DNA of 64,000 bases from Saccostrea echinata. Taxonomy: Eukaryota. Of this stretch, positions 51,509-64,000 are shown piece after piece. The DNA is taken from contig NW_026889757.1 of NCBI RefSeq assembly GCF_033153115.1, positions 5,022,001 through 5,086,000 on the forward strand, given 5' to 3'. Numbering within the stretch: the first letter of the stretch is position 1; each line of letters starts with the position of its first letter. Made by a program: the position numbers and the translations under genes. The notes under the pieces were generated by a model. That model made no database searches and was not told the DNA's origin. It saw only the letters and a list, made by a program, of their open reading frames with translations.

Positions 51509-52875
51509 TCATGTCACTGTTATAACCTTTTCATCCATGCGCGTGTCTTTCAGGATGATATTGTTTAATACACATTTTATGCTTGCATTTGACATTCCAG
51601 TTGGTGCTTCTGGTGCAAGCAGAAATGTCCAATGCAAAAGAACGGAACAATCGTCATATAAACCACCGTATTCAGTTACATTAGGATACGCATACTCTGT
51701 ATCGCCTTGATGATTTGTTTCAATGCTAACTTCGTAAACATCTCTTCCTGAGCGCGATGTACAATTAATTTGGATTTCATCTCCTTCATTGTAGGATTTC
51801 TTGTCGTCTATGGTAACATTGTGCATTGGTGCTAAAAAAGAGAGAATAACTGATTACTTAACAAATCTTATACTATATAATTAAGGACATATACATGTAC
51901 TCAATTACTTTCATAAATTTGTTTATTACTTGATTACCTTGTATGTTTATTTCACCACCCACTGTCCGTAAACCAGATTCATGTACAAGAGAGCAAGCAA
52001 ATACTCTACTTGTATAACATAGACTGATATTAATCTTTTCCAAAGATACGTTCAATTTCACTGCCACCATATCCGAATTCTCAAGATGAAAATATGGTAC
52101 AAAAGGTTGAATAAATTCTGGAAACAATTCAGTTAAATTTTTATGTAATATTCCAACTTTCTTGGAATCAAGGGAAAACTCAAATGTGGACCATGAGACG
52201 TTTTGCACAGAGATATTGCAGACAGTAATTCCGATGTACTTTATCCCAGCTAGAAGTATCAGAGTATCACCTTTTTGTGTAGCTAAAAATAAAATTTTAT
52301 TATTCTTTTTATTTCCATCATCTGCAATGATTTACAATGAATATTTCAATCAATATAAATGTTAAGTTACATTTACAATAAAAAATAAGATAAAGATACT
52401 GAAAAAATGGTTTGCTGCTACATTCTTCACAGACTAAACATTAGGTGTTTAAAACAAGAACATCTTTAAATGACACAATTCTAAGATAATTTTAGACAGT
52501 TACTTAATTATATAAAAACCATCATGTCGTGAGTTAATATATAATTCCAAATTTAATGTATTTGAATTATGTTAACATAAGGAAAATTGCTACATACAAT
52601 AGAAAATTTCATTCTATCTTTATTCTAATCTTGCGCACGTACCTTGCTCACTTTGATGAGGCTCTCTGTTACCTGTTTGTAGTGTATTCACTGTCATTGT
52701 CGTCATTGTCACATTCTTCTGTACTTGAGCTGTTGGTGTGACCGTATTTGAAGAACCTATATTCTCCACATCTAATGTCTGAGTGACAGTCACTGATGCA
52801 CTACTTCTTTCTACTGTGCTTGCTTCTACTTTAAATAGAAAATTAATAAAGAGTGTTGACTTTTTAAAAGCAATT

Positions 52876-52916
<41 letters not shown>

Positions 52917-55900
52917 TTTGGGAATGGGAAGCAGATCTATTTTATTTCTGATAGCTTTTCCTGCTCGTGTACCTGAAGAAATTATACCTTTAATATCTGT
53001 CGTATCGTTTTGGGAGGATGCAGTATTAATAGATGACATCACGGATTTCAATGTTGACGACATCTCTTTAGATGTAGCCACTGATGATGTTGTTAAATTA
53101 CCGGTATTTGTAAGTGTGACAGATCCAGTTGAATTTGTAATTTCCATGACGTTAGTTCTGGTTTTTGATGATTCCCCTGAAAAAGTTGTCATTGACGTCG
53201 TCGAGTAATTTGTTGATTTGTTTTTATCTACAGTAGATGTTGCTTCTGTACTTGTTGAGATCGTTGCTTCAAATCTCTGCGTCTGTGCTTCAGTGCTTAA
53301 TTCTGTTGAAGTAATTGTAGACACTGTCGTAACAGATGTTTCACTTGATGAAGGCCTAGTGGATATATCAGTCGATGTTAAATTTGACCCATCGACCGAT
53401 GAAAAATAAACTGTAGATGTTGTAGTTTCAATATCTTTGTTCGTTGTATTTGGCATATTTGTCATTGACGTTTGCTTCTCTGAACTTGTAATTTCTTCTT
53501 CGTTAGATGTTGTTTCTACCATGATAGTTGTTGAGACTGTCGATATATTTGTAGGAGACGATACTGTAGATATTGGTGTTGAATTTGTATCTGACGAATC
53601 AGTGTCCCGAAGTGTTACTGTAAATGGAGAAGTTATTGTAGAACTTTCCGAACTCTTTTGTAACTCAGTGCGTGTTGGTTCTGATGTCGACGACTCATCC
53701 AATATTTCTGGCGTATTTAATGTTGCGGATGAGTTTTGCGGTGATTGTATAAACACTGTGGTTTGAATGCCCTCTGATGTGGATGTTATTCCTGTAATCG
53801 TGTCTGTTGACGTTGATAGTTGAACTTCTGTCGTTGATAACGTTGATGTAAGTGTCTCGGTCATTTCTAGAGTTGTTTGCATAATAGCAGATTTTGTTGT
53901 CTCACTTGATGTGGAATCAAAAATCCCTTCAGATAATGAAGTGGTTTTCTCTGTAGAAGGCTTTCTTGTTAGCAACAATGCTGGATTTGATGTTGATGTA
54001 TGGATTTTTTCTAGAGTAGTAGTTATTCCAGTCATATATGATGTTGAGGTCTCTACTGTTGATGGTTTTTCTGTTGATTCAATGGTTGTTTCCATTACGG
54101 AAGTTGCTGTTGTCTCAATAGATGAGGAATTATAGATCTCTGTAGAGGATGATGTTGATATATCTGTCGCAGTCTGTGTTGAAAGTACTGATGTCGGATT
54201 AGTTAGAGTATTAGTAGTTTCAAGACTTGTTTCATTAGCGGCTGATGTTGTTGCCGCACTTGGTGTTGAACTTGCAATTCCTGTTGTTGATGGAATGAAT
54301 TGTTCTGTAGCAGTCTCCGTAGACATTTGCAATGTTTGATTTGTTATCGTGTCTACATATGGTGTTTCTGTGGAAGACCTTTGTGTACTTGACACTAAGG
54401 TCCCTGTAGATGATTCAGAAGAACTAAAAACATTTGTTGTAATGTGAGTCAACGGTTCTGTTGGACTTACTGATTGTTCTGTGATTTCTGTGGCATTTAT
54501 GGTTTCAAAAGTGGCAGATCCAATGGTTGTTGATACATTTGATAATTCCATTGTAAAATTTGATTGATCGGTAGATGTAAAATTTACAGATGTTGATTGT
54601 GTAGTTAAAGTTATTGATGTTTCTGTGGAAGAACTTTCTGTACTGGACTCTAAAATAGCTGTGGAAGAATCAGAGGAATTAAAAAAGAACGTTGTACTTC
54701 CCGTCAACGCTTTGGTAGCACTTGTTGATTGTTCTATGGATTTAGTGGCATTTAAGGTGATAGATTCCAAGGCAGTTGAGGATGTATTTGATAATTCGAC
54801 TGTAAAATTTGATTGGTCAGAAGATGTAAAGTTTACAATTGTTGATTGTGTAGTTAAAGTTGTTGATGTTTCTGTAGAACTTTCTGTACTGGACTCTAAA
54901 ATTCCTGTGGAAGAATCAGAGGAATTAAACGTTGTACTTTGCGTCATGGCTTCGGTAGCACTTGTTGATTGTTCTATGGGTTTAGTGGCATTTAAGGTGG
55001 TGGATTCCAAGGCTGTTGTGGATGCATTTGATAATTCGACTGTAAAATTTGATTGGGCAGTAGTTATAAGGTTTACAAATGTTGTGTGTGTAGATGAAGT
55101 TTTTGATGTTTCTGTAGAGGAACTTTCTGTACTTGTCCCTAAAAACCCGGTATAGGAGTGGGATGAACTAAAAACATTCGCTGTACTTTGCATCAGTGGT
55201 ACAGTGGTACTTGTTGATTGTTCTACGGTTTTAGTGTCATTTGTGGTATCAAAAGTCGTAGTTTCCAAGGCTGTTGTGGATGCATTTGAGAATTCGGTTG
55301 TAAAAATTGTTTGGTCGGTAGATGTACGATTTACAAATGCTGATTGTGTAGTTAAAGGTATTGATATTTCCGTGGAAGAACGTTCTGTACTTGTCTCTAA
55401 ATTACCACTGTAGGAATCGGACGAGCTAAAAACATTCGTTGTATTTTGCGTCGGTACAGTTGTACTTGTTGATTGTTCTACGGGTTCGGTAACATTTTTG
55501 GATTCAAAAGTGGTAGACTCCAATGCTGTTGTGGATGCATTTGAGAATTCGGTTGTGAAATTGGATTGATCGGCTGTTGTACGGCTTGTAGATGTTGATT
55601 GTGTAGTTGAAAGTGTTGATGTTGACTGTGTGGATTGAACATAAGGATAACTCTTTTCATTAAATGTTTTTGTTTCTACATAAGAAACTTTAAAAGAGTT
55701 AAGATCAATTTGTATTGCTGAACTACTTTGTTGATAAGAACTTCCATTAACTATGGAATCTTCGATTATTGTGACGGTCAGAATTTTCTCGGCGGTAAAA
55801 ACCATTTCAAAGAAGACTACAACACTTCCATTTCTGCAAAACAAATAAATTAAATTAAAAAAAAATAATTCAACATGCAGCATCTTTGCAAATAAAATTT

Positions 55901-57726
55901 AATGTTCATCAAACTACCAGTAATCTGCTGTTATACATGATCGATTCTGGAGATTTTTGGCACTTACTTTAGTTCCTTAACATTGCATTCTCTATACGCC
56001 TGCGAGACATTTGTTCCTTGTATTATATTCTTCATCTAAACAATTATACAATATTCGTATTTGAAGAGATAAAATCAGTTGTAAAATAAATCAGATCAAG
56101 ATAGAAACAAAAAAATGTAACTATTAATTAGTATCTATGTTTAAATCAATATTCATCCAACATGTTTGAATTAACCCACCTCAGAGCAGAATATTGCGCT
56201 GAAGTTTTTAAATTCTTTGGAGTTCGGATCTTTAAACTGTTCCACATAGGACTGATTAACGGTCATGGTACTGTCGGCAACATCTGTATAAAAAGAATAT
56301 GAATTATTCAACATGTATGAAATTAGTACAAGCGATCTATAATATATCTATATGGTCCTTTATTTCTCAACACACACTCACAGTATGTTTTAAACGTTGT
56401 TTCTTCATCTGAAATAAAACAAAAATAAATGTTATTCCCTTGCAACATTTTTTTTTTTATCTAATTAAGCCATGATTTTTTTTAAAAAAAATTCTAAATT
56501 TTAAAATTGTCAGCAAACAGTAGAATAAAGATTGATTAACCTTGTACAATAATGAACACAATGACGGGAGTAACCACTAGGCATATCAAAGCAATGCCCC
56601 CGAGAATATAAAAGACAGTCTTGCGCAGTATGTTTGTTTCTGGGTCGTAGAAACTTGTGGAATCTCGGTCACTCTCCGGTTGAAACTCTCTAGTTTGTAA
56701 AGGATACTTTGTATTCAAACGTAGACTTGCCTAGGTAGATGTATAAGTAGAAGAAAGATTTGATAAAATTTAAACACTTCAAGCAATATGTATATATATT
56801 TATATATATATAATCCGTTTTAATTAAAGGAGCTATAGCCTGTTTAATATTTCATTTTACATGTTTACTCCTTTGTATCAATGATTGAGACGTCACAGTA
56901 TATGGTTTTTGCGTTAAAAGTGATGGTCAAATAAAGTAGATTCACATATGAAACAGTAAAACATGTGACTAAAACAATCTCCCATTTGCTTGTGGTTGGA
57001 TCTGCTTTTTATCCAGCTCGTGGTTGTGTTTTCTATCCCCTCGCCAAGGCTGGGGGATAAAAAAAAAACACCACTTGTCATATTCAACCAATACCATGGG
57101 ATATCCTGCATATATTACTCATATTACCCATAATCATATACTGTAATATATCATTTTCCATTGCTCTCTTTAATAAACATGTACGACAAATATATTGAAA
57201 TAAAACAATAATGTTTTACGATTTTTTTTTCATCTTATTTGAAAAGAAGTTTATAAACACTAGTTAATGAACTAGTTACTTCATATGTACTTACTCGGAA
57301 GGACTGGCGGTCTAAATAATTTCTCTTGAAGGTACCCCCCAGAATCTTATCCATCCATTCTCCGGATTCTGCAAACGTCTCTCCGTGCCAGCCATTCTGA
57401 CTTCCAAACTCATCAAAGTGGAACGATCCCCCAGCAGGATCAAAGAACACGCTCTCTCCAATGTCCCTTTTTGATGACTTCCCGAGATAGGTGTCTTTCC
57501 CAAAATTAACTTCACTTTCCGATTCAGAGTCATTATTGTTGTCCTGTTCCTTCGGAGATCCGAAACCCCTCCCCTCTCTTGAGATTCGCTCAGAATTCCT
57601 AGGTATTGTTTGAGATTCGACAATCGATTCTGGTATTGTCCATATTTTGCTTTTATCGTCTGTCCTACAAACTTCGTAACGGCTACTTTTCGGTATCTTT
57701 GAAGGATAAAACCATTCCCGTGACAT
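51509..57726 (-). CDS. Type II membrane mucin-like protein, ~1500 aa: cytoplasmic N-terminus, TM, SEA domain, Ser/Thr stalk, two Ig-like domains
   Basis: Phase-consistent exons 57726-57295, 56730-56541 (TM VFYILGGIALICLVVTPVIVFIIV), 56408-56382, 56283-56180 (FKDPNSKEFKNFSAIFCSE), 56035-55968, 55833-52973 (KNGSVVVFFEM, then S/T-rich), 52828-52673, 52282-51938, 51831-51509. The last two exons follow phase-1 introns, are ~110 aa, look beta-rich and have paired Cys. Confidence 0.8.
54350..55575 (-). repeat. About five degenerate ~80-aa coding repeats in the mucin stalk
   Basis: Recurring DQSNFTxExSNxSTTALESxT...EQSTS...SSDSSTGxLExSTExSSTE. Confidence 0.85.
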
Positions 57727-58176
57727 TGTAATTAGAAAACTGTCAAAATAAAGGAATTAAATATCGAATTTTGACCGGTTCTTTATAACAATCGATATCA
57801 AAAAGTTGAATAATAAACAATCGATCATGTACGGAAGTACACTTGTTGTGTTAGCAAAGACTCAAAGATTTAAATGCAATGCAATGGCGATAGTTATGCA
57901 ATGCATTCAAATAATGAGAACTTTAAATATCTTCTTCTTTTTTTTTTTGAAGATAGTTCCGAATCGTAGGGCAAAATGATTTGATTGCTTGTAAATTCAT
58001 ACATGAAACTTTGAGTCAATAGAAATATAAAGACACAGATTTAAAGACCCCTTTATACATCTGATTTAATACTTGTATTTGATAGAAACTCCTCTATCAT
58101 AAGAATGGCTAAAAAAATCTATAGCTAATCCGTTGTATTGAATAACTCAAAGACTTCTTTTTTTATTACACAGCAA

Positions 58177-58219
58177 GAATTCACCCACGACCTTCCGATC
58201 ACGGAGCAAGCGCTCTACC
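58177..58219 (-). mobile_element. tRNA-derived SINE head fragment
   Basis: Reverse complement ggtagagcgcttgctccgtgatcggaaggtcgtgggtgaattc; A/B-box-like. Confidence 0.5.
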
Positions 58220-58690
58220 CGAAATAAAACGCACCACAGAGTCTGTCACATCTGATTCATATTTGGATGTTTTACCGACTGTAGACGATAAGGGTCAACT
58301 TGCAATTAAAGTCCATGACAAACGGGATGACTTCAGCTTTTCCACAGTCAATTTTCCTTATTTTTGTAGTAATAGGTATTTCNNNNNNNNNNNNNNNNNN
58401 NNNNNNNNNNNNNNNNNNNNNNNNNNNNNNNNNNNNNNNNNNNNNNNNNNNNNNNNNNNNNNNNNNNNNNNNNNNNNNNNNNNNNNNNNNNNNNNNNNNN
58501 NNNNNNNNNNNNNNNNNNNNNNNNNNNNNNNNNNTAAAGTCCTATAGCTTATCATTGAAACGGTGAAGATAGCGGACAGTGATCGATCTCAAAAATCTAT
58601 AAATAATTTTGTGAAGAGGGCATAAAAAGGACACCCGAAAAAAAAAACAGAGGTGGTATCGGATGTCTAGGAGGAGTAAGCATGCCGCAG
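58220..58690. mobile_element. Penelope-like fragments in opposite orientations either side of a gap
   Basis: + strand 58221-58375 encodes EIKRTTESVTSDSYLDVL...DKRDDFSFSTVNFPYFCSN (PLE RT thumb-like); 58555-58690 is the reverse complement of the 3' motif seen at 45560-45705. Confidence 0.7.
58383..58534. other. Assembly gap
   Basis: Run of N. Confidence 1.
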
Positions 58691-59789
58691 AAGGATAAAA
58701 CGTACGCTCAACTAGGACCTTAGGTCACCGGCTCAGTTCACAACTATCAAACCTGTTTACTCCGCGACAAAATATAGTGCATTGCAACCGTAAAGTGAAA
58801 ATAGAATAAATCGCACTACTGTGAAGCCTTTACAGTGTAAAACAACAAACAGAAAATCTATTTTTGTCAAAGGAATAATCATCTGATATGAGGAAAGATA
58901 CAGGGGGAGCAACATTGACTGCAATATATTATAAAATATAAGTTATACAGCAATGGATTACGTTGGGGACCTGTGGTCTCCCTAATGATATTATTATTCC
59001 ATGTAAGGCAACAGTATTTATTTAAAACAGTACCTAACCTCTGATCTCCTTATTAATATATCAGGGTAGGCGACCTCCTGTCTCTGCATTCGCAGATCTA
59101 ACAGGCAGGGGGAGGAGGTACATTGTAGGTCTTGGCCCCCCACCCCGCTCGGACTCTTCACTTTTCTTAAAGAAAATGGAATAATTATTTGGTAATAAAT
59201 TATATTAGGTGCCCTTTGGTCTCCCTTTTGAGGTCATACCTCAATAGGCGACCTTATTAGTTTAACACTCTAGTAAACCTCTGGTTAATATTAATCTTAC
59301 AGAGTAGATGTATGCCCAGTCTTGCAAGGATGGGGGGCTGAAGTTCTCCTCCCCTTTCCCTGGAATTTACACTTATCAAATTCATAAACGAATCAAAACT
59401 ACTAGTATATTTTCCAAAATAATAAACTTAAAAAACATGGACCCATTGTCAATTGCTTGTGGGATACATATACTGTATATGAAGGAAAAGTGTGTCTAAT
59501 GTCATCCCTCATCCAATTACATAAATTTAGAGAATTAATTTGGAGAAATTGTGAAATTGTTTGCTTGTAAAAAAAAATCAGGGTTTCAATTTTTGTTTGG
59601 AGTGAATTTGAAAAATAATTCTTCACATGCCACATTTTTTAAATTGTCTTCTTATAACTTCAAGTGACCTCATTTTCCTAATAATGAACAATGTAAGATT
59701 ACCTCTGGTCTACTGAATCATATACCACTTCGTCTGACCTCTGATATCCTTATTGATGTACAATATAAGACAAACTCATGTTTCCATAT

Positions 59790-61760
59790 TCTTTATGTAG
59801 GGAGCAGAGGAAACATAAAGTTTATATGAATAGGGAGACCATAGGTCCCCTTATATTGTACATCATTAGGAGGACCAAAGATCACATTGTATTGTACATC
59901 AAAAGAAAGACAAGAGGTCCCCTTATATCCTACATCTATAGGGAGACCAGAGGACACCTTATATTGTACATAATTAGGGGGACCAGAGGTCACCTTATAT
60001 CCAACATTAATAGGGAGACCAGAGGTCCCTCATATCCTACATCTTTAGGGAGACAAGAGGAAACCTTGTATTGTACATTAATAGGGAAACCAGGGATCAT
60101 TTGTACATCAACAGGGAGACCAAAGGTCCCCTTATATCCTACATCAGCAGGGAGACCAGAGGACACTTTATATATTACATCAATAGGGAGACCAGAGGTC
60201 CCCTATATCCTACATCAACAGGGAGACCAGAGGTCCCCTTATATCCTACATCCATAGGGAGACCAGAGGACACCTTGTATTGTACATTAATAGGGAAACC
60301 AGGGATCATTTGTACATCAACAGGTAGACCAAAGGTCCCCTTTTATCCTACATCAGTAGGGAGATCAGAGGACACTTTATATATTACATCAATAGGGAGA
60401 CCAGAGATCACCTTATATTGTACATTAGTAGGGAGACCACAGGTCCCCTTATACCCTACATCAGTAGGGAGGCCAGAAGACACCCTATATTGTACATCAA
60501 TAGGGAAACCAGAGATCACTTATATTGTACATTAATAGGGAGACCAAAGGTCCCCTTATATCATCATTAGTTGGGAGACCAGAGGACACCTTATATTGTA
60601 AATCAATATGGAAACCAGAGGACATCTATTTTACATCAAGAGGGAGACCAGAAGTCACCTTATATTGTACATTAGTTGGGAGACCAGAAGTCACATTATA
60701 TTGTACATGAATACGGAGACCTGGGGTCCCCTTATTTTGTTAATCATTGGGGAGACCATATTTTACATAAAAGTGTTAATGAATACGGAGATTAGAGGTC
60801 ATCTTATGGTGTACATTATTCAGAGACCAGAGGTCACATAAAGTTGTGTATGATTATGTAGACCAGAGAACATCTTATATTGTTCATTATTTGCAGACCA
60901 CATAAGGCTGTATATAATATGAATATGGAGACCAGAGGTCCTCATATGGTGTACTTCATTAGGGTGACCAGAGGTCCCCTTATATTGTACATCCTTGGGA
61001 GACCAGAAGTCACCTTATATTTTACATAAATAGGGAAATCAAAGGTCACCTAATATTGTACATCAATAGGGAGATCAGGGGTCACCTTATATTGTACATC
61101 AATAGGGAGACTAGAGGTCACCTTATATCGTACATAAATACGGAGACCAGAGGACACCTTATAGTGTACATCATAAGGGATTCCAAAGGTCACTTTAAAT
61201 TATACATCAATAGGGAGACCAGAGGTCACCTAATATTATACATCAATAGGGAGACCAGGGGCCACCCAATATTGTACATAAATACGGAAACCAGAGGACA
61301 CCCAATACTGTACATAAATACGGAGGCCAGAGGACACCTTATAGTGTACATCATAAGGGATTCCAAAGGTCACTTTAAATTGTACATCAATAGGGAGACC
61401 AGAGGTTACCTAATATTATATATCAATAGGGAGACCAGGGGTCACCCAATATTGTACATCAATAGGGAGACCAGAGGTCACCTTATGTTGTATATCAGTA
61501 GGCTTATGTTGTACTTCATTGTGGAGACCAAAGGTAACCTTATGTTGATCATTAGAGAGACCAGAGGTCACATAGAGTTTATACAAATGCCAAGACCAGA
61601 GGTCCTCTTATATAAAACATAATTAGGGAGACAATGCAGAGGTCACGTAAAGTTGTGAATGAATACGGAGACCAGAGGTCTCCATATATTGTACATTACA
61701 GTGTTATAGGGAGACCAGATATCACAAAAAGTTTATATGGATGCAGAGATCAGGCTTCTA
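59790..61760 (+). repeat. 36-bp minisatellite array, forward orientation (~50 units)
   Basis: Consensus tagggagaccagaggtcaccttatattgtacatcaa. Confidence 0.95.
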
Positions 61761-61949
61761 CGATACTATACTCTGTTTAACTAAAAGACAACTCAAAAAC
61801 AAAATAAAGGCAATAATTATGGAAATAAGCTTCTGAACATTTAATCATGTGAAGAAAAAATTACTTCTTTCACTATATAATTTCTCATATCTTACATAAA
61901 CAAAGATTGCAACAGTTCTTTTATATCATAACACAAATAAAGATTATGA

Positions 61950-62372
61950 AATATGTGGCGATAACGAACAGTATTCGAGCTCAAAAGTCCATTAAACATT
62001 ACAAAATAGGAGCGGAGCAAACACGGACCTCCTAAATATCAGAGGTGGGATCAGGTGCAATGGAGGAGTGGGCATCCCATGCCGACCGGTCACACCCGCC
62101 GTGTGCTCCTTATCATGTTCGGGAAAAACGGAAAAATCCGTGGACAACTCAGTGTGTGAATAATGGGCTAACAATCAGTTTGAAAAAAGTCAGTCAGCAT
62201 TTGACTTAATTGCCAACAAGGTCATTGTATCGACCATAGAACTTACGAAATGATAACTTTAAACGAGACAGATGATATTCTTGCTTCATCAACTTCTTTG
62301 TCAATAACGTACCTCGTCTTAAAAATTGTTCATACGTAGAACATGCTCTTCCGTATTGCATCAACTGAGAGA
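61950..62372 (-). mobile_element. Penelope-like retroelement 3' fragment
   Basis: ORF 62206-62397 ISQLMQYGRACSTYEQFLRRGTLLTKKLMKQEY..SRLKLSFRKFYGRYNDLV (PLE C-terminal region), followed by cacggcgggtgtgaccggtcggcatgggatgc...cacctgatcccacctctg. Confidence 0.8.
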
Positions 62373-62439
62373 TATCATTATGGAGACCAGAGATCAACTT
62401 ATAAAGTACATTAATAGGGAAACAAGATGTTCAATATAA

Positions 62440-63590
62440 AGTAATCTCTGGTCTCCCTATTCATGTACAATATACAATATTAGGTGATCTCTGGTCTCCC
62501 TAATTATGTACAAAATAAGGTGTCCACTGGTCTCCCTATTGATGTACAATATAAGGTGACCTCTAGTCCCCCTAATTATGTACAATATAAGGTGACCTCT
62601 GGTCTCCCTATCGATGTACAAAGTAAGTTACCTCTGGTCTCCCTAATTCTTTACAATATAAGGTGTCCTCTGGTCTCCGTATTTATGTACAATATAAGGT
62701 GACCTCTAGTCTCCCTATTGATGTACAAAATAAGTGATCTCTTGTCTCCCTATTGATGTACAATATAAGGTGAACTCTAGTCTCCCTATTGATGTATATA
62801 ATAAAGTGACCTCTTGTCTCCCTATTGATGTACAATATACAATATAAGGTGACCTCTTGTCTCCCTATTGATGTACAATATAAAGTGACCTCTGATCTCT
62901 CATTATGTACAATATAGGGTGTCCTCTGGTCTCCCTTATTATGTACAATATACGGTGACCTCTCGTCTTCCAATTGATGAACAATATAAGGTAACATTTG
63001 GTCTTCCTATTAATTACAATATAAGGTGTCCTATGGTCCATATATTGATGTACAAAATAAGTGATTTCTGGTCACCCTATTGATATACAATATAAGGTGA
63101 CCTCTGGTCTCCCTATTGATGTTCAATATAAGGTGACCTCTGGTCTCCCTATTGATGCACAATATAAGGTGATCTGTGGTCTCCCTAATTATGTAAAATA
63201 TAAGGTGACCACTGGTCTCCCTATTGATGTTCAAAATGAGTTACCTCTGGTTTCCCTATTGATGTATAAAATAAGTGATCTCTGGTCTCCCTAATTCTGT
63301 ACAATATAAAGTGTCCTCTGGTCTCCCTATTGATGTACATAATAAGTGACCTCTGGTCTCCCTATTGATGTATAATATAAAGTGACCTCTGGTCTCCCTA
63401 TTGATGTACCATATACAATAGTGATCTTTGGTCTCCCTAATTATGTTCAATATAAAGTGACCCCTGGTCTCCCTATTGATATACAATAAATGGTGATCTC
63501 TGGTCTCCCTAATAATGTAAACTATTAGTTGAATACTGGTCTCTTGATGAAAAATATAAGGAGTCCTTTGATCTCCGTATTGATGTACAT
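62440..63590 (-). repeat. Same 36-bp minisatellite, reverse orientation (~31 units)
   Basis: Forward strand reads ttgatgtacaatataaggtgacctctggtctcccta. Confidence 0.95.
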
Positions 63591-63876
63591 GTTTTAATGT
63601 TTAAAGCCATACCTTCACGCCTCTGTTAATCTATATAAAGTTATTAATATAATTGTATTGGAGTAAGACAGAGAAAGCTGTTGTTTTTTTTTAAATAAAA
63701 TTCAATCAAAATATAGGGTGACCTGAGGTCACCATATTGATACAGATGAATTTATTTTTGTGCCTTTAATGCCTGAAGAGTTCATATAATGTTTTATTAC
63801 TACGCAAAATGACGAACTATTTGCGGGTGACCCGAGGTCCTAGTTGAGCGTACGTTTTATCCTCCTTGTTGACCGG

Positions 63877-64000
63877 TGTCGCATAATATTTGGTCCGCCT
63901 TGTTTAAAGGTCCGGGGGACCTAATACGATAACATATAAGGTCCGGCCTGCCTCTATAATAAAAGGTCCGCTCTCGGTTTAATATACAGATTTTTCTCCT
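63877..64000. mobile_element. Left end of a second Ginger1-like element, running out of the window
   Basis: CCGG immediately followed by TGTCGCATAAT (identical to the first 11 nt of the TIR at 23776); subterminal GGTCCG repeated four times. Confidence 0.65.

Noticed and set aside
52783-55413. Plus-strand Val/Asp-rich ORFs
   Set aside because: Antisense shadows of Thr/Ser codons in the mucin exon.
52620-55883. 1087-aa ORF as a single-exon protein with a C-terminal poly-Phe TM (type I mucin)
   Set aside because: Its start lies in an intron upstream of the acceptor at 55834, which splits the SEA domain; the poly-Phe is the intronic T-tract of 52972-52829.
59778-63486. ORFs with INRETRGHLILY or TSIGRPE repeats
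   Set aside because: By-products of a 36-bp unit; frames shift freely between units and occur on both strands.

Overview
AT-rich, intron-rich animal genomic DNA; the repeat families (Helentron/HINE elements with GACA microsatellites, Penelope-like fragments, a tRNA SINE with a CAAA tail) point to a bivalve, probably an oyster (inference). I reconstructed three multi-exon genes by hand from GT-AG boundaries and phase consistency. (1) The 3' part of CCDC39 (+, 58-5802), which carries two paralogous 140-nt exons that can only be used one at a time. (2) A 17-exon, ~746-aa single-pass cadherin-related gene with about 5 EC repeats (+, 38284-50220). (3) A convergent ~1500-aa type II membrane protein with a SEA domain, a long Ser/Thr mucin stalk and two Ig-like domains (-, 57726-51509). 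Between genes 1 and 2 is a transposon nest: a 9.7-kb non-autonomous Ginger1-type element (TGTCG termini, CCGT TSD) inside a HINE, itself holding a SINE, a HINE fragment and a 114/116-bp satellite built from its own TIR motif. The right end has an inverted pair of 36-bp minisatellite arrays and the left end of a second Ginger-like element. There are three N-gaps. Nothing prokaryotic and no CRISPR array.
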